Source: Trichoplax adhaerens (Eukaryota; Animalia; Placozoa). Taken from it: a stretch of DNA of 64,000 bases. The notes beneath the pieces are model-generated. The model had not been told where the DNA came from. It made no database searches and was given only the letters and a program-made list of their open reading frames with translations. Below, piece by piece: positions 47,112 through 61,048 of this stretch; the first letter of the stretch is position 1, and the number at the start of each line of letters is the position of its first letter. The position numbers and the translations under genes were made by a program. The stretch lies in assembly GCF_000150275.1 (NCBI RefSeq), contig NW_002060946.1:4297454-4361453 (forward strand), written 5' to 3'.

Positions 47112-49787
47112 ATGGCTGATAATAATCAGGATCAAGAAAAGATACAAGTAGATACTACCATCCCTTCACAAGACAGTATAGATAACCATTCATATGATCA
47201 ATCTGAATACTGGAATTATTACGCTCAGTATTATTCCCAATATTACCAACAACGTGGTGATTGGATGGCAATCTACGATCAAAACAATCAGAAATATTAT
47301 TATCACAATACTTCCACTAAGGCAACTCAATGGGACAAACCAGCAGAATGGGATTCAACTACAGAAACAAATCCAATCACGGATGGAAATAATACTAATA
47401 TCACAACTGATCATGCGGTTATTAATCCAAAGCAACGATCCGTTGATGACTTAGTCAAAATTTGGTTGAAAAGACCAGCTAGGAAACAAGTAGAAGAGCA
47501 ACAAAAAGTCCATTGGAGACCAGAAGGAGCTCAAGAATATAATATTTGGTATGATCGATGGGTTGGAGAATTATGGAAAGGGGAAAAGCATGGTGGTGAG
47601 TTGTACATTTTGCAGCATATCTTTTCCATTGTAGTTTAATAAGAACCTGTTGAATATTGCTATACATGTGCGCCATTTGCTATCTATGTGCTTAAATGCT
47701 TGTCATGGGCAAGCCGAAATCTTCCCTAAAATTTAATTAAGTGGACATAAACATCTTACTCGTAATTAATTATATAATAATTAATGAGTATAAATGTTAA
47801 GTCACAGTATTTGCGATTGGGATACCTCCGATATCTTGTACATGAATACGATCTTATTAATATTGAATTCCACATCCAGAACATTTATTCTGTATTATGC
47901 AAAAATGGTTGCTTTTGCTAATTTGTCTTTTGAATAACAAAAATACTTCATACTCTCTTCAGACTACAGAGTGCTGGGTAGTAATTAAATACGGTTTGCA
48001 CCTATCCTATCTCCCATAATGCCTTATGTACTTCTAAACTTATTTACTTAGGTCCTGCTACAACTAGATGTGTCTTAAAACGAGATGCCGGCTATACCAA
48101 AGCCAATTTGATGGATAATCGAGAAAGTCGACATTACTGGTGTATATATTTCGCTCGAGGTTGTTGTCATCTTGGCTCGGAGTGTACATACTATCATACA
48201 ATACCTCTAGAAAATGACAATAGAAAGTATGCTAGATATGTAAAGATTTATAAAATTATAATTTCAGTAATTAAATATCAATATTTATCGTAAGTTAATA
48301 AAGTCTATATTTATTATAATTAATTTAAGATTATGAATGAAGAAATTAGTGAAGCCACAAATTACTAAACATTGAAGATATCAAACTGCTTTGAGTTATC
48401 TTATTCGGTAGTTGAAATGTTATATACAATTTTACTTGCAGGATCGATCTAGCTCATGATGTCTTTGGACGTGAACGCTTTAGATCACATCGTGACGATA
48501 TGGGTGGTATCGGTAGCTTCGATAAAGAAACACGTACCTTGTATGTTGGTGGTTTGCATCATCGTGATAATCAAGAAAGTATTCTTGAGGAAGAATTTGG
48601 TGAATGGGGAGAGATTGAAGATGTGCGCTATATACCCAAGCTGCACGTTGCATTTGTTCGTTACAGGTATCGACTAACTGCTGAATTTGCTAAGGTATGA
48701 CATCTTAGAACTGAGTAATAATCTCTAGTTATTTATTACTTACTGCAACAGTTTCACTAAATGATAACATTGAAGCTTTAATTTAAATTATTCCTATCTT
48801 ACAATGATACAAATACTATTTGCCGTTAGAAATTTTGAGCTATTTTTTTACAAGTAAAAATATCTTTATACTCTTAGGCTGCCATGGCAGACCAAAAATT
48901 TAATGATCAAGAGGTATTAAACGTCCGCTGGGCGCATGACGATCCAAACCCTAAAGCAAGAGTTAGGGTAAATTTTTAACGTTTTTACTAATATCGTAAT
49001 AAGTATATTAAACGGTACATAGATACATAATAGAAGTATTCATTGCTTATTTAATGGACTAGATTGTCGTGATTTTAGATAATCACAGTAGCGTATATTA
49101 GATGCCTTGCTCAGGAGTCTAAAAATTAACAATTTTTTCTTATTGCTTATAAATTTCTGTAGGTAGCACAAGAACGACAAGATAAATTTCTTACAGCTTC
49201 GAGAGAGCGTGATTTAACTTCGGATGGAGAGCCGTCTGTTAAAAGGTTAAGGTCTGATGACATTATCGGTTATTATCCTAATACGGATGCTCAGTACATA
49301 AAACAGCAAGCAGAACCCGGACCAAAAACCAAAGAAGAAATTGAACAGGTACAGCGTCTTTTAATTTGTCAGATAGGCAAGGGTGGTGTTAAAATTCAAA
49401 TATAATTATAGTTATAGAACTATGCAGTTAACCGAAGAATGCGTTATCAATTTTTTATAATGATACTACTCTATATAGCTATACGTATATAGTACATAGT
49501 ACAGTATGTATATATTTCACTATTATAAGTAGCAATAAGATGAGTAGGTAGGTAATAAAGACTTTAAACGCGTGTGTGTATCCTTAAATAATACAGTTTA
49601 TTGATTAATACGTCGTCCTGAAAAGATTTAAATAATTTTTAACCTTTAGGAAAATTTACTTAGCCGAGTTCAAGAAAACTACAGCAGATTAGACAGGATA
49701 TTTCAGAAAATACAAAATCATCAGGTGTCCAGTTCGGATAGTGGAAATTCCTTAGCTCAAACTGCTGATCCGTATAGGAGGAAATAA
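47112..49787 (+). CDS. CWC2: Cwc2/Cwf2-type pre-mRNA splicing factor (Torus/CCCH + RRM) with N-terminal WW domain (6 exons, ~441 aa)
   Basis: Exons 47112-47595, 48052-48226, 48442-48694, 48878-48967, 49163-49348, 49650-49787. RPARKQV, YNIWYDRW, DAGYTKA, CIYFARGCCHLGSECTYYH, DVFGRERF..HRDDMGGIGSF..TRTLYVGGL, LNVRWAHDDPNP. WW domain: DWMAIYD...YYYHNTSTKATQWDKP. Confidence 0.92.
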
Positions 49788-51591
49788 TGTTTGTTTAATT
49801 ATCTGTCATTGGATGTGTAACTATTATTATTTGATTATGATTGGCTAGTTAGTAAATTTGCTATGCTAATCGTATTGATGAAGGTATTTATCCAGTGGCT
49901 GTTATTACCACTTGATTTTCCTTACCATTTTCAACAACAGTTTTGTCTTACTTTATTTACTGTGCTGCATTATATTGTACAGTACTGCAATATTGAACAA
50001 GACTTTTGCCTTTTAGTATAAAATAAATGATTAAATCTATTAATAGATTAGGCAACATTTAACAATTCAAAATCATATTTTCACCATGGATTTTTACTTG
50101 TATGTTTGTGATGTAGTTTGTTTTGTGTACATCTGTGGAATCTAGTTTAATAGCAAACATCAATGTGTCATTTATACGATATTTACCAATCTTACTAATA
50201 ATCATAATTGTATAATTGTTAAATTTAGTATCTTCAGATAGAGATTAATTAGAACATATCATTGATTAAGGTTTACAGTAAGTATCTATCTGTAACTTTA
50301 CTGTAATATATTAGTATGCACTAGAATATGTGTTGTATAATGTAGATACTGTACTACATTGCTGCAACCTATGGCTTAATTGCACGAACTACTCGTTTCT
50401 TTCACTTGATATTATACAGGTAAAGCCTGGATTGATAAGTGATTACGTATACGTAATTAACGCCATTGCTAACGAAACCGTACAATGAACAATCGTATCA
50501 GTGGATAACCCTTCGTGTGAGGTTCTCCAATACGTTCCCTTCTCGAAACTTCTCTTTTGTAAAAATGCTCGTGTATCATTAAAACAGCTAATAAAAATTA
50601 CATCATCACTCACTAGCGTCTTTTGAAAACTTCACTCGCTAAGAAAGCTAATAAAGCATGGAATAAAACTGCTTACCTAATTATGACATCAGAATTCCAG
50701 TGATCTTATTGCAATAACTGCATGACAATTATAAATACGATGAAATTACCAGAACTATACCGAAATGGTGCATACCATAAAAAGTAAGTATACACTAGTG
50801 ATGCACGAAACTAGCCGAAAGTCTTATCCTTCGGTGCAAATGCGCATAGCAAAGCAAGTTACATTTCTATAACATGACTTTATTTGTTTACGATTCCATC
50901 TTGACCAATAAGGTTAAAAGTAGATTTATCATTGTAACGTTTGTAGTCTAGTAATGATCTCAACGGCAAATCAAGTAGTAAATATTTGTGAATACAGTAT
51001 TTGAGGTATGGATGGATTGGATAAATCCGTACAACAAAGGACGATTGAAATTACAAAGAATTAACGGTCTCTTAATAATAAAATATTTTCGATTTTGCCG
51101 CAATAATATTGCATAAGCAAATTTAAAATTAACATAGTAATTACACGTATTCTTATGATAAACATCCATGTGTATCACTATAACAGCTACCTGCAATATT
51201 TAACTATTTATTGATAATTATCAAGGTAACGGTAGTCGGATCAACTAGTCCACTTTCTATTCCTAAGTGGTACGTTGTAGTTACAAATATCATAATATGA
51301 TGTTAATATCTTATTTGCAGATGATGACAACAGTAGTTGACATAAACAAGATATTTAAATTGCAAGGCTAATGGAGTCATAAATCATAAAATAAATGTAC
51401 GTTTATATAAAATACTTATATGGATTATACGTTTGACTTTGCTTAAGCAGCCTTGACGCATTTAAAAGATGAATGGATCTTGATTGAAGGCCAGCTCATG
51501 GTTGTAACAGCTGAGGCAAATAAATACCGAAAATTCGACAAAATCCAACATTCATATACTGTTCCATAAAGTATACAGCCGGCTACAGTAG

Positions 51592-54500
51592 CTAAGGCTG
51601 AGGTATCCATGAAAATGACCGAGAATCATAATTGCCGTCAATAGTGCTATCACTGCTATGCATTAAATCGCTTCGATTATCATGGCTGCGTACAACAGAA
51701 GGGGTGGCATTCGGTCTGGTAATAAGTCGATCATTAATGGTATAGTGTTCATCAGCGCTTACTCTGCCGTGTGACAAACCATTGTCCATACCGTAAGACT
51801 GGGGATTTTCTTGGGGAGTATTAGTGCTCATTAGATGATAATTGTTAGCAATATCAGGTGAAATAATACGATTTCTGCCATATGGGTAAGGAGAAGGAGG
51901 ATTGTCAACGGGATGTTCATTGCTGCGTTGAGTATTCCATTCAGCATTTATAAGGTCAACATTTGAGGTAGCAGGAGAGTCGAGGTTTCGTAAAGGGATC
52001 TTAAAATCTTTTCCGTAGTTAATATTTGAATGGCTATGAATCGGGTCTCTGTGGATATTATCAGCATTGTAGACCCGGTTTGGGTAGTTATCTATTTCAG
52101 GGGTACAATCACCGGTCGGTCCCCACTGGACTGTTGAACCTTTCCTGCTAGTGTACCAATCGCGACTGGAATTTACGTTTTCATAAATTTGATAGTCTTG
52201 GAGTGGATGCTTCATAGGTTCATTACAAGGAGAAGTTGCAGTTACAATGGATCCTAGGAAGTTCATTTTAGATTCAGATCGTAGTTGGCAAATATTCTAC
52301 TTAAGAATTACCTGACTTGATTAAAGAATAATAACTGTATGTGATAATTATGACATTATATCCTAATAACATAGAATAACGCAGAGTTGGTATATTTTCC
52401 TGTACAATATTGAAGACATTAGCTTTTCGTCAGTATAATAGTTTGCAACTAATGCTAAAATAATATTCTTCAGGTACGATATTCTCACATTTTGACTTTT
52501 AAACCACACTATTATACTGTAAATATATACAAACGACATATACAGTACATATAATAACACAGTACCGTAATCAATTAACGAACAATGTTGCTGCTCGTAT
52601 TACGAGTATATCAATATTGATTCCGTTCTACAGTATGTACAAAGTGTTATCCATCTATAGTATTTGATGCTATACATGTATTTAACATAAAAAACGGTTA
52701 ATATAACACTTAAAACCTCGATAACTTCGTACACTACATTGTAACATTGACTCGTACACTTATAAAACTATTCCTATTAAGTGCCGCATCAACTTATGTT
52801 TACTTAAAAACAAATGTATCAATTTAATTTATGCACCAATGTTATATTAACGCCAGAATTCAATTAATCTTGCTAAATAAGTGCTAATTATAATTACTAA
52901 TTGTGATGGTATTAAAAGGCAAAATCGGTAGAAAGTTAATGATTAAAATTATCAAGTACTCTTCTAATAATAAAGGTCTTTAACATACTATAGATTGAGA
53001 AGACAGGTCGAAAGAAAAGGTTTAGTAGACAATTTTTAAAGTGTAAAAAGCATTATACTGTACAGAGATATAGCAATAAGCTAACATTATTACCTCTTGA
53101 AGACGCCCGTTTAGTCAATAGTTTATCTTCCAACTTATTCAAATACCTGCGTATATTATCTATATCGTTTAAAGATATATTCCCACCCTCAATAGCTGAC
53201 ATAAAAAGTCGTTTGAGATCTCTATCAGGGTTTTGAGTAGGGGGTAAACTTCTTAAATTAGTAGGAGTAGAAGACTGAGTAAAACAATCTTGAAAGAAGG
53301 AAGTATATTGCAAATGCGTTTTCTTTGCCATCTCCAAAGCATTTTCTAGGGGCATGTTTCGATGCTCTATCAAAGATAAATAAATTCGATTATAAACCAT
53401 ACACCGTCTACGCGACAAAAGCATTAATCGTAAAGCACATGATTAAGGCGATTAGAGTTTGGGCTAACATTTGGCAATAAGTTATAAGCGCCTAATGCAA
53501 TTGTTTTATTGCACAATTGTAATTATGACTTGAAAAGATATCCTATTCTAAAGAATTAAAATTTTTTAGGAAATACCTTGGGGAGTACCGAAGAGAATAT
53601 TAAGAGTTACAGAGCGTCTAGCTTCATTTTGATCAAATATTGTAATCACAAATGGTAGGCCCCTCCTAGAAGAGCTATCTACAGCCTGAGCAGCATTAAT
53701 ACCAGTAGGAACAAGCACCCATTGCGAGTTAATGCCTTTCTGAATTAGCGATGTTACGACTTCATCAGCGTAATTCCTGTATAAATAAAGGCAAATATAG
53801 TTTAGATAGTAAAGTAGATGTAGAAGAGACTCTGAAGGTAAGTGACAGTATGAAAATAAAATTTAATTTAGTAGAACTTGTAACTACTCGGAAGTTCATC
53901 TAGTTCATGTATTGGTTATGGCGGATAAAATTTCGCTTTATAAGAAATGTTTATGGCCATGTGGCCGTTTGAAGATTACATGCAATATTATGTCATACCT
54001 TTGTTGCCCATCAAATATTAATACTTCACAGTCAATTACTGCGTTATTAGCTGGAATAGAAGCTTTAGGTTCGCGTGGTTCGGGTATAGTAGAAACTATG
54101 TTTATATTTTCTGGGTTATCATTAACTTTGTAATGCTTAGGGGTTGGTTCTATCTTCTCTTTATTATCGTACGTATAGGTATCATGGCCATCAGTATGCG
54201 AATCCATATGTCTTTCGTAATTTAAATAAAATTTTTATTTCTACTATTTTTGAGATAATATATTATTTATTGAGAAGATAATGCTACGGGCAATTTATGA
54301 TAGTTGCGCTACAATAAGAGATTATTCATAATGGCTGCAAAGCATATACAAAATATATGAACTAATAAGCTTAGATTACTATCGTGATACCTTTTCAAAC
54401 GTTGTTCACACGGCCTACCACTATGATGGTCGCTTTTATGGCTGTTACCTAAGTTTCTATTTTGCCAATATTGCCTTTGATCAACTTCGTGTCCGTCTTT

Positions 54501-56323
54501 AACTGATGTCATTGGAGCAATTGTAGGGACTAAATCAGGGTCATTTTGTAGAGCAACTTGAGATTTATGATAACCTTCCTGAAGGGGTTCAGAATTTATA
54601 TCTAAGTGATGTTTGGTTGGTAACGATTCTGGTACTTGTCTTCTTTTGTATTTAGAACCAGAATAGGAAATATCGAGTTGAGATTTATTCTTTATAACTT
54701 CTCTGCTCTCGTCGTAACTATTACGATGCCTAGTATTGCCATTCCGGGGTTGAGGCTTCCTACTTGAAGATTCCCTTTTCATCGTTGTAGCTTCGCAGAT
54801 CGAACAATTAAGTCGAAATGTGTTGGTATGATCATAAAGACAAATAAGGCTTGCTTAATATTGCATGTTGTACACTCGTATATACTCTTACGTATGTTAA
54901 ATAATTATATGATATTATTAAGTGGGAGAGGCGAATGGTAGTTGCGTAGTATTCTATACTGATATCGCATATATTATGTTGTACTTGTACTGCAGAAAGT
55001 ACTGACCGCTAAGAGTATACGCGTATCTGAATATTTTTTGGTACCAATTTCCGATTTGCGTTTTTGAGCGGAAAGAAGACACTTATTTTATAGCATACAT
55101 GGTAGTCGGTCAGTTTCAAGGATAATATACGGTACAGTAACTCAATTACTGTATTCAATTCACTGATTACAGTTATTGCTACAGTAAATAGTAAAATTAG
55201 CACAAGCCCAATGACATTGAATTCGCCCTTTTTTAGTACTGATCTATTGTTCCATGCGCAAGATGAGAATCAAGCGGCAGCGGTAAACCACTGTCTGCGA
55301 TCGATATCCAAATGAGCTGCTATGCTGGTTTTGTGCGGTATGGTGTCCGATTTCATTATGCATCGTACAGTAGTGAGTAGAATTGTTTTAACTGCCTTTT
55401 ATATTAAGAGAGCCGAAGTAAAGTACAAGTATCATCAGCGACTTGGAATTTTCTCTTAGAAGTCCCTGGTATTGTTGTAGTCGATTCGATTAGAAGAATC
55501 AACAGAAAGGCCAGGTACCTCTAATTAAGGTTTTTCTTCAAAGTCCCGGAAAAGATAAATTGGACCAGGCTGCTAGAAGTAGCAGCTATTTGGACGGTGG
55601 TAGACAACATTAGTTTTCACCGTTATAGTATACACACCAACTCGCAGAGGATGCAATTACAGTAGCACTGCTTGGTATGTTCACTCAGTCTATTTATCAA
55701 TAGCTGCAGCATACTGTATGAACTTGAGTTACGGGTATAGATATCAACGCATAAACTTTGAACACCCCCCACATCAGCTAATGTACTGATCGAACTGAAT
55801 TGTAATCGATGATTATTATAAATGCAATTATTATTTATCTAGATATCGGTTTAGCGTGTATTTATCATGTATCGATGTGTACAATAGGCAAATATTCAAC
55901 AATTCAAATGAATATGCTTACCCGTGATTTTTCTATGAACAGTCGTGCGATCCTCAACCTTTTCCGTATTCTCACATGAGAACAAAATTGAAATACGATA
56001 TGAAATATGAAAGAAGATCACATTTACCCATGAGAAACTAACGTTGTTACGTCCGATTACAACCAACCCTTCTGCATTTTATTTACTCTTACCTTTTTCT
56101 TCGGTGAGGCACGTGGTCTTTTACAGCTATCGATATCACTTAATAAACTGGGCAAACTACGGGAATTGACTAGCGTAGTTCTTGTCTCGTTGCTGGTGCT
56201 ATTTCGTGAGCTATGATAACTATTGTATCGATCTTTCCCGCTGTGTTCTCGATGCCTGCTAGAAGAGGTAGTGTAGCTTTTATTACCATGTCGACTATGA
56301 GTTTCCCTTGTCGATCTCGGCAT
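51592..56323 (-). CDS. NCOA5: Nuclear receptor coactivator 5-like (NCOA5); 5' exon structure partly unresolved
   Basis: Secure exons 54391-54790, 53999-54211, 53577-53776, ~53090-53366 and a last exon ending at 51592. IDCEVLIFDGQQRNYADEV...RRGLPFVITI...RSVTLNILFGTPQEHRNMP matches the NCOA5 core. Probable first exon 56093-56323 (R/S/H-rich); linking exons between 54790 and 56093 are ambiguous. Confidence 0.8.
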
Positions 56324-57954
56324 GATCAAACTGCACTATAGCGAGTCCTAACTGGTGAATTGGAGAGAAAATTTTAGATTGTTGGCGCACGTTCTATTCT
56401 ACTGCTTATACAACACAGATCATGCTATAAATCAGTATCCTGCTAATTGAAGGCAAGACTATTAGATTAGTCATTTCAATCACTCACTTCTTCACTTTTT
56501 ACTGTAGTAGTTCAAATGTGCAGTGCAAAAATAATGTAGACGTGTCTACTTCTGATAGGATAAGTAAGTAGTCGCTTGAAGATCGACGTATACGCATCTA
56601 TTTCACATCTAGGCAAGCGCACCCCTCTGGGTATCATCCGTCGCAAATCTGCTAGGACAGTTCAATACCAGTAATGATGAATTGTTATTTTCTTTTTACC
56701 TTCATGGTAAATACTAAATGTAAATACTATACAATGTACATACATGGAGTTTTTCTTATTTTTAGATGATGGACCAGATTGCAGGCGGTTATTTACAGCT
56801 ACAGCAGTACCGATCCAAGAGGAACTTTTGAAAGGTCCATCGGAGTTATTACTAGTTTTCTACTGAAAACGGAGCCATCCGTCATCACCTCTCTTGATCT
56901 CAGCAATGTTTTGATCTTGCTGTATCAAACCATATTGCAGTCGGAACAGTGCACTGAAGTACAGCAATTATTGGACAAGACTTTTAGACGTATTATACAG
57001 TGTACATAAGTATCATTTATTTATTTATTTATTATGACTTACGATTATTATTCTAGTTATTATTGAATATTTGTCACTTTTATTAATAAGGAATGAATGA
57101 CTACTAACTTTAAAGTATCAGGCAAACACAGAAATAACAAATTAAATTTATATCCAATTCTTGAATTTCGGCAACTTTGCAATATGATATTTTGATAAGA
57201 TTGGTATAAGGAATCATAGAGGTAATTCTACGCCGAAAATTACTTTATATACAGTACTCGTACTTTACGATATTGATGTACATTTTACAGTCATGGACTG
57301 GTATCTACGGTGGAAAGTCCATGCTACAGTTTATGAAGTGGTGCATATTATACAGTTCACTACTATTATAATCTGCATTCGAGTAACAATAATAATAATT
57401 ATATACTGTACGCGTATAATATAACTGAATAAATTAAATTCAAAATGTGATCTTCGTTAGTCCTAATTCAATTAATTTTATAGTAAATAAATAAGGTTAT
57501 TCACCACCAAAGCAAACCCCGAGCCTATATAGATTGTTACGTGCCGGATTTGACTCTGAAGCAATAGACAAGAAGCAGAGTTTCTGTCTTGCTTCATGAT
57601 ATGAGTATCGTCTAGCATAAGTGTAGAGTTAAATAATGCTCGCATGCTACAGTGCCTTGTGCTCCCATCACTGCCTAATATGATCAATGGATCGATTTAT
57701 ATCCTACGACTAGAGTATTTAGTTGGCAGTGATGATTATGAGCAATGACTATCGGCCATTGACAGTGAATAAAGTAAATTGAATGTGCGATCAATGGATC
57801 GAGTTCAGCCTTTGAAAACTTGATTCTGAAGCAATGTGCAAGAACGGAGTTTCATCTGCCTGATTCAAGTGGATGACTGAATACGAGTGTAATATTATTG
57901 CCCACTTATCTACTAATCAGGTACACTAACTAGAACCGCACTAGCTGAAGTCAT

Positions 57955-58235
57955 AACAACAACTGCGCACGCGTAAAAAGCGATCTCAGTGTTGTACGCT
58001 ACAGTAGAGACGTTCGATACTACTGTATACTGTACTCAGTGTACAGTACAGTGTACAGTACGCAGTGAATACAGTACAGTACAGTACAGTACTGTACAGT
58101 ACTGTACTGTAAAATCATTGTACTGTACAGTACGTACTGTACTGTACCGTACTGCACACGGCTGACAATATTGTAATACCATGTACGGTACTGTACTGTA
58201 TTGTACCGTATGTAATTGGAGGCTTGTACAGTAAA
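57955..58235. promoter_or_regulatory. CNEP1R1 promoter: (CAGTA)n/(TACTG)n island plus NRF1-like site
   Basis: TGCGCACGCG at 57964-57973, then ~210 bp of pentamer repeats ending ~35 bp before ATG 58266. Confidence 0.6.
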
Positions 58236-58265
58236 TCAATCAATCCGCCATTTCTGTTTACAGGC

Positions 58266-61048
58266 ATGGATCTCGATCCAGCTCAACAAGCTGAAGGTAA
58301 GCTCAGTAGAGTTGTACGTATGTTGCTTGTAAATTGGATACTGTGTTATAAAAGTACTTGGCAGTAGTAAACGCCATGTTGCTTGTATGTGTATCTTATC
58401 ATCTACTCGTAGTAGAATGTTGAAACAGTTTGGTATATTGAAGCGTGATTTTGAAACAGTTGAAGAATTAATCATCGGATAACGACTCCTGGATATTACT
58501 AGACTCGTATTATTTTTCGTATTTTCGCTTGCTAGAACTATTCGTAACGAGTAAGTTATCCACACGCAGTAATTACATTTTTACTATACTAGACTATAGT
58601 CGTACACTACACTGTTTACTGCATCATGCACTCGCGTTGACACCATCAGTATCTTAAACCAAGCATTCCTACTACTCTAAGGTTTCAAGTACCGTACGCC
58701 AAGGCAGAATTGCAAGTTGAAACCGATTATAGTCATCATGTAAATCAACAGTGTAACAGTTCAACAATGTCCGTCTCCAGTCCGGCTTCGAGCCGGACTG
58801 TGGAGACAGCCAGTGATAATGTGTAAACTGTTCCATGATATACAGTAAGAACTAAGAGTCAAAAATACGTTATTTAGAAATTCTATATTTTGTGTATTAC
58901 TATACATTGACGATGGACTTCTAAGTACAATATTGAATACCAATTCAACTCATTTTCCTAATAGCCATATTTAGTGAAGCGTAGCCAAACTGTCAATTTC
59001 AGTATAATACTCGTATTATAGTCCCACCTGTTTCTAAATTCGAGCATTGTGGACATTCTATTTTGATATATACTAGTATACATTCGTAATTATATAACGG
59101 ATAAATAACTTGATGATAGATTTGAAAGCTTTCGAAGGAAGGCTGGTTGAAAGTATAGGTAGCCTAGGACCAACGGCTGTGCGATGGAAATGTAAGTGAT
59201 TACGTACGTACCTTTCATTTTTCATTTGATAAACTGTGCTAGTTATGCTGTATCAGTCTGCAGTAATAAGCGTACAAAAGAGTAGTGTAAGTGATTTTCA
59301 ATATTCCTCCAGATTGCTCCATAGTAGATTATATGAAACTTTCGACTAACTGAGAATAGCAATGGGTGAGCTATCACCATTATCAATCATTATTGCTACA
59401 CGTAATTGTGAGCTAGCGTACTGTATTGCTGCTTGTATTATAAGACATCCATTGCTAGCGATAACGTTATCTTGGATTACTACTTCTTACTGCACTGCCT
59501 GATTTAGTAGCTGGCTGTAAGTATCGCATTTTCCAATACTGAACCTATACATAATAGTTTCGAGCCTTTTTGCTATGGGAATTGATGTATAGCATTCTAT
59601 CAAAAATTTGTGACTTCATACATCGTATATACTAACTTTACTGAATGGAACTAACCGTAAGTTTTTATTAAGTGATGCTATTTTTTGCAGGTATATTAAT
59701 ACTGTGTGTATCATGCTGCTTTATTTCGGGCTATGCATTTATTATGGATATTCATACGGCTAAGGTACGGAAATGCAAATCTAGCTTGGTCTAGAATATG
59801 AAGTAACGGCACGTTACCATCACTATTTACGAACTTTTACAGTATATTACAACATGCAACAGGAGTAACTATAATATTTGTGGCTCAAACGACCGTTAGT
59901 TTCTACCATCGCCCTATACTGTAGTTCTGATATATATATGTAACCTAGAAAATCAAGATAAACGTACTGTAAATTTCTATGAAATAGTGAATCCTCTGTA
60001 GTGTAACTCTTAGACCTTCGATTATCTGTACTAATTTTACATATTAAAATATATTTCGTATTATACATGACACATGGTTTAACATGTGGATATGGCATTA
60101 TACAATATTAATGCTTTGACCTTTCTCTTAATATTGTAGTTTATGACATGTACGGATTTATTTCTTAATCATAAGTTTTTCACGATGTGCTGCATTATTC
60201 TTGTCTCATTACTTGCTACTGGAGTTCAACAAAGAATTATGGCTCAAACAATGTATCCTTTTTCGTTAAGATTATTATAAGTAATGAAAAATACGTTCAT
60301 TCCATGCTTATGAGTTAAATGAGGATCAGCTTTTGTCTATCTTCTAAGATCCTATCATAGATATACTGTAGTTCTAATTGCCTTATTATTCGTAATTCCT
60401 TTACACGATCATATAACTTGGTGGCATCTATATTTCAGATTAATATGACCAGTAGTTCTTATGATATAATGTTATAAATTTTAAAGATATAGCAGTTACA
60501 TTTAAATATCTCATAATTACTGTGTATTAGTAGGATTTATAATTTGGACAATACATGATCGCATATAACACCATATATTATAAACTTTTACTTGTTTAGT
60601 GGATTTACAATACCGGATACAATAAATTTGTATTATGTTATAAAGTATGAATTCGGTCGTAATAAGTTAAGCTAGCATGTCAATTATTAAGATTTTACGA
60701 ATATAACGAAATGGTGCTAAATTAATAATTATAATTTACTGTAAGAAATTATCCTTAATTTATTGTCAGTATTACTAACCGATGCAGAGTAATTTTAAAA
60801 GATTTCAACATGTCGTGTGATAACGTAAGTATTGTCCTGTGTTTTCGGTATCGGAATTATAATCGCTGTGTGAAAATGTTAATTTTTCCCAATCTAGCTT
60901 AGTATTGTATTCGTATAGCTTATATCAGATGTACCACAGTATAGTATATCGCAATTACTACAAATATCTAAATTGAAACGAATTATTTCTTTTTGTTTAC
61001 GAATCTATATAGATGGGAAAGCTGATTTTGAGACCGAATTCTTCTTGA
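58266..61048 (+). CDS. CNEP1R1: CTD nuclear envelope phosphatase 1 regulatory subunit 1 (TMEM188; 6 exons, ~126 aa)
   Basis: Not in the ORF track. Exons 58266-58296, 59120-59191, 59691-59764, 60140-60252, 60770-60824, 61013-61048. [49 protein letters not shown]. Confidence 0.95.
60253..60769 (+). other. U12-type (minor spliceosome) GT-AG intron
   Basis: 5' splice site GTATCCTTT; branch site TCCTTAAT at 60752-60759 ending 10 nt before the intron end, with no real polypyrimidine tract. Splicing restores the CNEP1R1 frame. Confidence 0.9.

Noticed and set aside
57541-57875. Short diverged duplications (tga.tctgaagcaat...caagaa; gatcaatggatcga)
   Set aside because: Only two degenerate copies each, with no termini, TSD or ORF; insufficient to call an element.
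59459-59656. Two apparent extra CNEP1R1 exons with GTAAGT donors
   Set aside because: They contain in-frame stops and would need 41- and 34-nt introns; exon 59691-59764 alone restores a length-matched protein.
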